A stretch of 22,367 bases of DNA, taken from contig CAVQGX010000010.1 of NCBI GenBank assembly GCA_963712115.1, forward strand, positions 1-22,367. The letters run 5' to 3'. Shown one piece after another: positions 16,537-22,367 of this stretch. This DNA comes from an uncultured delta proteobacterium. Its GTDB lineage: Bacteria; Desulfobacterota; Syntrophobacteria; BM002. Below the pieces are notes generated by a model. That model was not told the origin of the DNA. It ran no database searches and saw nothing but the letters and a program-made list of their open reading frames with translations. Every line of letters starts with the position of its first letter. The stretch's first letter is position 1. A program made the position numbers and the translations under genes.

Positions 16537-16600
16537 GGTGCCGACTGTACCATAAACAGTGGTAAGGGCAAACCCCGAAAAACCAACCAAGCACCGACTA

Positions 16601-16804
16601 GTCATTTAGCCACTAGAAGTGGCTGTCATAACGCTACGCTGTCAATATGCCTTCGGCGTCATTTATTGTCATCACTTCATGGCCCCTTATTGAGATTAAT
16701 AGCTATCTGCTATTATGACTACTTTACGACTTAATGACGGGCGAAGCCCTAATGACGGCGGAGCCAAATGACGCGGAGCAAATGACCATAAATGCGCTTA
16801 TGAC
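16601..16804. repeat. inverted pair of AATGAC/GTCATT arrays, with units interrupted by mini-hairpins
   Basis: Right arm aatgac-GGGCGAAGCCC-taatgac-GGCGGAGCC-aaatgac-GCGGAGC-aaatgac. The left arm is the reverse orientation. Confidence 0.75.
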
Positions 16805-16841
16805 AAAAAATGTAGGATAGGCTTTAATTACCGATGAGAAG

Positions 16842-17375
16842 CTAGGATTTCCTGGCCTCGAGGAGCCACTCATGCAGTGACTGCACGCACTCCTTGATGT
16901 CCTCAAAGCAGAAACGATAGGCTTCCAGGTTGAGACCGTATGGATCATGAATTCCCCGTTTCCGGGAACCATAGCGGGCAAAATGCCGGAGGAGCAAAAT
17001 CTTGCCAGATGCTTGAGGGTAGAGGTCAAGCAACTGCTTTTGGTGTCCGGGTTCCATGACCACTATCAGGCCTGCATTGTCAATGAGTTCTGGAGTGACG
17101 AGACGGGCTTGGTGCTCTTCCAAAGAAACTGAGTTTTCGAGGGCCACCCGTAAAGAGTGGAAAGATGCCGGACTGCCCGGTAAAGCGGTAAGTCCCGCCG
17201 AGCCAATCTCCATTTCGCAAAGGGAATTCCTTTCCAACAACTTTTTCAGAAAGCCTGCGGCCAAAGGGCTGCGGCAGGTGTTGCCGGTACAAACAAAGAG
17301 GATATTTCGGATTTTCGCAGGGGTTATGGGTTCCTTAAAGGCTCCTGCGTTAGAAGCTGTAGCCTTTTCACTCAT
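16842..17375 (-). CDS. low-molecular-weight protein phosphatase (YwlE/PtpB-like, possibly arginine-specific)
   Basis: P-loop FVCTGNTCRSP, SAG and the general-acid loop IHDPYG. Confidence 0.9.
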   Translation of the reverse strand: MSEKATASNAGAFKEPITPAKIRNILFVCTGNTCRSPLAAGFLKKLLERNSLCEMEIGSAGLTALPGSPASFHSLRVALENSVSLEEHQARLVTPELIDNAGLIVVMEPGHQKQLLDLYPQASGKILLLRHFARYGSRKRGIHDPYGLNLEAYRFCFEDIKECVQSLHEWLLEARKS

Positions 17376-17423
17376 CTATTCAGACCTCGAGCGGAAAATG
17401 AGCAGGGGCAATAAGACCGTCAG

Positions 17424-18293
17424 TTATTCCGGGATGCTCTTTTTTGAGCGTTCGATTCGACGTCGAACTGCGTCCTCGGGGGCATGTTCGCTCTCAACCC
17501 GGCCCCTGCCGGTGCGCACCCCCAGAAGTACAAGGAGCCGCCTTCGCAGCGAGCGTATTGGGTCGCCCACGCTACGCAAGGTACGGATCAACCACGGCGG
17601 ATGTTTTACAATTGCTTGCTGCTCAGCAGTGAGCAAATCCGGGCGACTGTTATGGAAGTGTTTCAAAACTAGATAATCGTCTACACCCTGGGCTAGCTTT
17701 AGTAACTTTCGCATTGGCCAGGAATTGCCGGGCCACCAGCCGAGTAGGACAAAACTAATCTGGAAATCCACCAAATAGGGTTGCCCATCATCGCCGACGA
17801 CAATGTTTTCTCGCTTGCTAAGGTCAACGTAAGCTAGGTCGCGACCGTGAATATCCTCAACAAGTTGCTGGAGCTTTGGAAAAAAAATATCATCCACTCT
17901 TTCGCCTCGCTCGAAAGGATGGCCTTCCACATAGTCGTGGGCAACAGCGTGTGGTTGAGCTGCTCCACCTACCGTGAGTTCACCGCTGTAGCGGGGGACG
18001 TTGGGAAGGTCGGCAAGAAGTTGCAAAATGCGCGCTTCACGTGCCGCAAGTAGTCTTCCCAGCCAGTGCATGGGTAATCCGAAGATCGATTGCCTGCGGT
18101 TGAACTTGGCAACTATCTTGCCCCTCTCACCCTCATACAGGGCCGTGGCCGCCCACGAGTCATGCTTGAGGATGTCAACTCGCCGGTAGGGGTAGCCGTC
18201 CAGTTCGATCTCCAGCGGAGGATCGGCCTTGCCTAAAGCGCGTAGGAATCTAGGCCTGGGGCGTCCCGCCTTGTTGGCACTTCGGTTTTTCAT
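17424..18293 (-). CDS. atypical protein-kinase-fold protein (RIO/Kdo-like)
   Basis: IVAK lysine, helix-C RE, catalytic loop YVDLSKRENIVV, and metal-binding LVDFQ. Confidence 0.75.
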   Translation of the reverse strand: MKNRSANKAGRPRPRFLRALGKADPPLEIELDGYPYRRVDILKHDSWAATALYEGERGKIVAKFNRRQSIFGLPMHWLGRLLAAREARILQLLADLPNVPRYSGELTVGGAAQPHAVAHDYVEGHPFERGERVDDIFFPKLQQLVEDIHGRDLAYVDLSKRENIVVGDDGQPYLVDFQISFVLLGWWPGNSWPMRKLLKLAQGVDDYLVLKHFHNSRPDLLTAEQQAIVKHPPWLIRTLRSVGDPIRSLRRRLLVLLGVRTGRGRVESEHAPEDAVRRRIERSKKSIPE

Positions 18294-18395
18294 CTCTGGC
18301 CATGTGAAATTTTATAATATGCAGCCTAGCTGGGCCGGCAGACAGATACACTTAACATCATTGGAACCGTATTGGCAAGGATTAGGGTTGGCACA

Positions 18396-18623
18396 CTATG
18401 CAGGAAGACTTGAATGGCCAGTTGATGGGGTTGCCCGCAGATCACTCCCTTTATCGTCTTGTGATTTCGCGCAGGCCAGGCAGATCTTTTCCCATTGTTG
18501 AAGCTCATCCAAAGGTATTAGTTGGGGTATAAGGTAGACCCTCTCCATATCTTTCTGGTAAGGGCATCTTCCCTGTTCAAGTTCGGGACAAGATTCTATT
18601 TTATTGTACGTCAAAACAATCAC
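18396..18623 (-). CDS. small hypothetical protein with four Cys (75 aa)
   Basis: ORF immediately downstream of a good sigma-54 promoter, with a G-rich RBS-like stretch. Motifs C-x7-CPY and CxxC. Start uncertain. Confidence 0.5.
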   Translation of the reverse strand: MIVLTYNKIESCPELEQGRCPYQKDMERVYLIPQLIPLDELQQWEKICLACAKSQDDKGSDLRATPSTGHSSLPA

Positions 18624-18643
18624 CCCCCCTGCCTCGTTTATAA

Positions 18644-18659
18644 AGCAACCTTTGTGCCA
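18644..18659 (-). promoter_or_regulatory. sigma-54 promoter
   Basis: The minus strand reads TGGCACA-AAGG-TTGCT, a near-consensus match. Confidence 0.75.
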
Positions 18660-18686
18660 GCCTGATTATTATCAGGACGCTCTTTA

Positions 18687-18699
18687 TAAGTGACTGATT
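18687..18699 (-). promoter_or_regulatory. IHF binding site
   Basis: AATCAG-TCAC-TTA matches WATCAR-N4-TTR, with an AT-rich flank, about 30 bp upstream of the -24 box. Confidence 0.55.
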
Positions 18700-18955
18700 T
18701 TAAATAATATTATCTTTCGCGAGGTGGGGGGGACTTGTGGGGAAATTAGAGGGAAAAGAATAACTTTGTTAACAGTTACTTTGGGCTATGAATAATAAGT
18801 GAATAATCTCCAAGGCTTAACAAGTGTAAACTAGGTGTGCAACGTGGTGATAACGAAGTTGGCATAAAGCAGAAAAGGGACTACCCCAAAAGACCTTTCC
18901 CACTCAAGCAGCCATCAAGCTATTGGATCCGTCATCTGGGCGGATGCTTACTGCT

Positions 18956-20239
18956 CTAAGGCATACGTTTCAATTCCACCCTCCGATTTTGAGCCCTTCC
19001 TTCTTCAGTGGCATTCGACGCCACCGGCCGGGTGGAGCCATATCCTTTGGCTTGCAGTCGCTCAGGAACAATACCCTTTGTCCTCAAATAATCCATTACT
19101 CTTTTGGCTCGTCTTTCAGATAGCCACTGATTGTACTCTGCAGTCCCGGTGTTGTCTGCATATCCTTGGATTTCTACCTCTATCTGAGGATTTTTCTCCA
19201 AGATGGTGACCACCTCATCCAAAAGTGGATGGGCCTCAACTTTTATATAGGAGCTGTTGGTATCGAACAGCATGGTCGCCTTGAGGGACCAACATCCCAC
19301 TTCGTTCACAGTGGCCCCCACGGGAGTACTGGGGCATTGGTCCAAATAATCAGGCACGCCGTCACCGTCACTGTCAGGAGGACAGCCGGAACTGTCAACA
19401 GCGACCCCCGGCGGAGTGTTTGGACACTTATCTGCATAATTGATCACTCCATCAGCATCGCTGTCCAAGGGGCAACCCTGCGCGTCCACTTCCATCCCTT
19501 TTGGCGTGTTGGGACATTTGTCCAACTCATCCACGATACCATCACCATCGCTGTCTAAAGGAGCTTCAACCAGATAAAATACCTCTCTGACAAAACGCTC
19601 CAGCGCCATTTTATCTGAGGAGAGATCAGTGCCCTCCACGTAAATACCATCGGTACGGCCACTGATTTCTCTGAGAGTTGCTCTTTCTTTCTCCTTATCA
19701 GACATGGAAACGGTGTGAAATGATAAATTGCTGTAGTTTGCTCGCAAGCTGTCTTGTGCCTTCAGCGCTTCAACACCCAGGTTTTCCTCGCCATCGGTGA
19801 ACATGATAATCGCCGTTTTTCCCCGAGGCATCTCTTTTAGAACTTCGCCCAGATCGAGGATTCCCGTTCCTAAGGGAGTCTGGTTGCCAAAGATGGTTCC
19901 CTCTACCGGCAGGCTTTCTATACCCTTTGCGAATGAATTACGATCATATCGTTTAGGGCCAAGCAGCATTTTACTGGGAGGAAATGATTGTATCGCTCCT
20001 ATATAGCCGAGTTCGGGAATGAGTTTGTTCATCTCCAGCAGTATTCCCTTGGCCAGTTCGGCTTTGGTTGGAACTGCGCCTTGTTGGGTTAGAAACATGG
20101 AGCCCGATCTATCTATGAGAAGGATGAAGTTGTCAACTTTGGGTACCAGCCTCTCCTGCGCCAGCGCAGCCCCTGCTAGCAAAAAAAATACAACCAGAGT
20201 CAAACTAACAAGCCTCAATGTCGTGGATTTTTTCTTCAT
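18956..20239 (-). CDS. OmpA-family protein: VWA domain + thrombospondin type-3 (DxDGDG) repeats + OmpA C-terminal peptidoglycan-binding domain
   Basis: Signal peptide, MIDAS DRSGSM and MFTDG, three DSDxDGxxDxxDxCPxTP repeats, and GYADNTG...YNQWLSERRA...NRRVE. Confidence 0.92.
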   Translation of the reverse strand: MKKKSTTLRLVSLTLVVFFLLAGAALAQERLVPKVDNFILLIDRSGSMFLTQQGAVPTKAELAKGILLEMNKLIPELGYIGAIQSFPPSKMLLGPKRYDRNSFAKGIESLPVEGTIFGNQTPLGTGILDLGEVLKEMPRGKTAIIMFTDGEENLGVEALKAQDSLRANYSNLSFHTVSMSDKEKERATLREISGRTDGIYVEGTDLSSDKMALERFVREVFYLVEAPLDSDGDGIVDELDKCPNTPKGMEVDAQGCPLDSDADGVINYADKCPNTPPGVAVDSSGCPPDSDGDGVPDYLDQCPSTPVGATVNEVGCWSLKATMLFDTNSSYIKVEAHPLLDEVVTILEKNPQIEVEIQGYADNTGTAEYNQWLSERRAKRVMDYLRTKGIVPERLQAKGYGSTRPVASNATEEGRAQNRRVELKRMP

Positions 20240-20378
20240 AACTCCTCTCCATCTCTTCTGGCTTAAAATTAAAAGCTTAGAAACGCAGCAAGAAGTTTTC
20301 AGGACTCAACTTAATTTGCATGCCAGAGACACGATAATTTAATCGAGCTGTCATGTACAATCCAAACTAGTGAGTAGA

Positions 20379-20407
20379 ACGATAGAGCCGGAATTAGATT
20401 TTGTCAA
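20379..20407 (-). promoter_or_regulatory. sigma-70 promoter for the OmpA-family gene
   Basis: TTGACA-17 nt-TATCGT. Confidence 0.6.
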
Positions 20408-20543
20408 TTATTCATTAGATAGATAACCTGACAGTAAACTAATGAATTAGGGTAGACAACAAGGCAATAGTCGAGACGGGATTTTGAAAACTGGCAGAAA
20501 ATATGGAGGAGTCCGGGCTATTGAGGGCTTCAAGTTTTCACTC

Positions 20544-21011
20544 TCAGAGTTCTTCCATGGCCTCATATGCACCCTTTAGCCTGTCTCGAAGTAAAAAGCA
20601 GAACCTCTGCAAAACATTAAATCCGAGCTCATTGTCATGAAGCATAATCTGTCTCAGATCCGGGCCCTTGATGGCCAAGACTTTTGTTGGTTTCCGGCAG
20701 AGGGCCGAAGACATGAGGGTATGTTTTTCATTCAGAAGTGTAGACCAGCAGCCAAAAACCCTTCCTTTGCTGAGCATTCCAATAAAGGCAGTTCCTTTCC
20801 GCGTACCCAGATCTACAGATCGCTCTAAAAAAACGTTGCCTTCAGCGACTATGTAGATCCGATCTCCCAAATCGCCTTGCCGAAAAATGTGATCTCCGGC
20901 TGCATAGGCTTCCACACTACACAGATTTGCCACTTCCTCGAGGTCATCTTTTTGCAGACCCTTGAAAAACTCGCAGTTTTCCAAAAGATTGATAATCTCT
21001 AAACGATCCAT
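20544..21011 (-). CDS. stand-alone cyclic-nucleotide-binding (Crp/Fnr sensory) domain protein
   Basis: FFKGL, GDHIFRQGD-GDRIYIVAEG-V and GRVFG motifs. No HTH is present. Confidence 0.88.
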   Translation of the reverse strand: MDRLEIINLLENCEFFKGLQKDDLEEVANLCSVEAYAAGDHIFRQGDLGDRIYIVAEGNVFLERSVDLGTRKGTAFIGMLSKGRVFGCWSTLLNEKHTLMSSALCRKPTKVLAIKGPDLRQIMLHDNELGFNVLQRFCFLLRDRLKGAYEAMEEL

Positions 21012-21104
21012 GACTAACCCCTTAGATTTCAGAAGGATAAATGCTGGACCAGATAATTGATTATTGTATGTCGACTTAAGCGGTTTTCTTGCATCCCCGC
21101 GTCG

Positions 21105-21320
21105 TCATTCATTTACTTCATATTTAAAAGACAGATTTAATCTTGCTCTGTAGGCGACAACTTTACCTCCTTCGATTTTCATATCCAGTTCTTTGACCTC
21201 AGCGATTCTTAAATTCCTTAAGCTTTTGCCAGCAGTCTCCACAGCGTTTTTGGCTGCTTCTTCCCAAGAGACATCACTTGTCCCCACCAGTTCAATGATC
21301 TTGTAGGCACCCACAGACAT
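21105..21320 (-). CDS. dodecin family flavin-binding protein
   Basis: YKIIELVGTS-SWEEAA-NAV-A-KSLRNLR...YR-LSFKYE. GGAGGGAG RBS precedes ATG 21320. Confidence 0.92.
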   Translation of the reverse strand: MSVGAYKIIELVGTSDVSWEEAAKNAVETAGKSLRNLRIAEVKELDMKIEGGKVVAYRARLNLSFKYEVNE

Positions 21321-21392
21321 AATCTCCCTCCTTTTTGAGAGTTGAGTCCCATGCAGTTCATCCCCCACTCCATTTCCAGACCTTCTTAAAAC

Positions 21393-21422
21393 ACGATATA
21401 CTCGATCAAGAAATCCCGTCAA
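21393..21422 (-). promoter_or_regulatory. candidate sigma-70 promoter for the dodecin/cNMP genes
   Basis: TTGACG-18 nt-TATCGT. Confidence 0.45.
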
Positions 21423-21444
21423 TCAGAAAAACCATTACCTTATT

Positions 21445-21629
21445 AAAAAGAATAACCCCAACTGGTCAGTCAACCTCAGCTTAGCAGGGGTTTTGTCGGC
21501 ATGGAAGGAGTGGACAAAGAAAACCCCACCCATTCATGTTGCCCTTGTTGGTCTGCGCGGTCGAAAGGTGGGGTAAGGAGAAAAGAGTTTCAAAACAGGT
21601 GGTGACTTTACACCACTGAGCACACTCTT
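21445..21629 (-). ncRNA. candidate structured sRNA (unclassified)
   Basis: Own promoter TTGAAA-18-TATCAT (21660-21631), three hairpins, two CUCCUU motifs and terminal U-runs. No convincing ORF. Confidence 0.35.
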
Positions 21630-21725
21630 AATGATAGCGATAATCAAGTGGGTATTTCAATAAGGCAAAGGCAGTATTTTAGCTGGATGCACTACGTAGG
21701 TATTTTTCCTATTTTTGGGACTTAG

Positions 21726-21891
21726 TATCCCGCATCTCAGATCTCAGATCTAACATCCAGTTTGCATGTGTTTGGGATTTAGACCCACCTGCCTCTCCTT
21801 GCTCTCATGGCGGGCAGGTATCGCCTTCTCGGATTTACCTGCAAGTTCCGAGCTCTTGTCCTTGGTGCATAGTGCATAGTTCCTAGTGCTT
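21726..21891. repeat. CATCTCA array, ACCTGCC...GGCAGGT hairpin and CATAGTG array
   Basis: Located at 21726-21760, 21787-21819 and 21861-21891 respectively. Confidence 0.65.
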
Positions 21892-22367
21892 ACTGCTTTT
21901 TCTTCGGTGCTGCCACGTCGATAATCTCTGCGGCGGTGAGTCTCAACAGTTCATCAAAAGTGGTGCTGAACATGTTCTGGGTAGTACCAGCTGCCGGATA
22001 GATTTTTGGAAAGCGATTAAGGCTTTCATCTAAATAAGTGGGTATGCTCTGCCTGTGTGCCACCGGGGGGACAGCTCCAACGGGATAACCAGTTATTGCC
22101 TGAACAGTTTCAGCATCGGCTATCCTAGCTTTTCTGACTCCAAGGAGATTCTTAAGTTTTTTAGTGTCAACATTCATATCCCCGGACATTAGAACCAAAA
22201 CCGGCTTTCCATCTGCCAAAAAGACTACCGATTTGACAATCTGGCCCAGTTCCACTCCTAGTGCTTCAGCTGCAAGATAAGCGTTCTCAGTGCTGTCAGT
22301 GAAAGTGTGGATCTGTTTTTCCAGACCGTGGGAAGTCAGAAATTGCCGAACCTCTTCGTCTCCAAAA
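21890..22367 (-). CDS. YbaK/EbsC family aminoacyl-tRNA editing-domain protein (5' end outside the window)
   Basis: The frame is open to the window edge (FGDEEVRQFL...AAEALGVELGQIVKS). Motifs IVKS, TGYPVGAVPP and AAG. Confidence 0.9.
   Translation of the reverse strand, partial: FGDEEVRQFLTSHGLEKQIHTFTDSTENAYLAAEALGVELGQIVKSVVFLADGKPVLVLMSGDMNVDTKKLKNLLGVRKARIADAETVQAITGYPVGAVPPVAHRQSIPTYLDESLNRFPKIYPAAGTTQNMFSTTFDELLRLTAAEIIDVAAPKKKQ

Noticed and set aside
16564-16600. AGGGCAAACC...GAAA resembling the start of a c-di-GMP-I riboswitch
   Set aside because: The downstream GACGCAAAG and second stem are missing, and it is antisense to the adjacent gene.
17056-17676. 206-aa plus-strand ORF and other long antisense ORFs (8158-8691, 9050-9571, 19166-19558)
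   Set aside because: They are antisense shadows of well-supported genes.
20308-20326. TGGCATG sigma-54-like -24 box upstream of the OmpA-family gene
   Set aside because: No GC at the -12 position, and better sigma-70 candidates exist.

Overview
A 22.4 kb bacterial chromosomal segment, probably from Desulfobacterota/Deltaproteobacteria (inferred from gene content, several sigma-54 promoters and the repeat style). It carries housekeeping, envelope and hypothetical genes. From left to right: a partial SPOR plus predicted beta-barrel protein, YihY/BrkB, two small proteins, a flavodoxin, a TIR-wHTH protein, a HEAT-repeat lipoprotein, and a four-gene polar amino acid ABC operon. These are followed by an SPFH/zinc-ribbon operon, a triple-CCHC mini-protein, a thioesterase, a kinase/LMW-phosphatase pair, a VWA-TSP3-OmpA protein, a cNMP-binding protein, dodecin and a partial YbaK. 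The most unusual signal is non-coding. Many spacers are built from different degenerate 7-, 8- or 9-mer tandem arrays. Some are arranged as local inverted pairs. Others are stacked in a 700-bp block (10.74-11.41 kb) whose modules have exact reverse complements in spacers 2-5 kb away. The window also holds a 184-bp MITE in the TIR gene leader, a triply nested REP-like element, AATGAC repeats carrying GNA mini-hairpins, and a candidate sRNA. No rRNA, tRNA, CRISPR array or transposase gene was seen. All calls come from reading the sequence; no searches were run.
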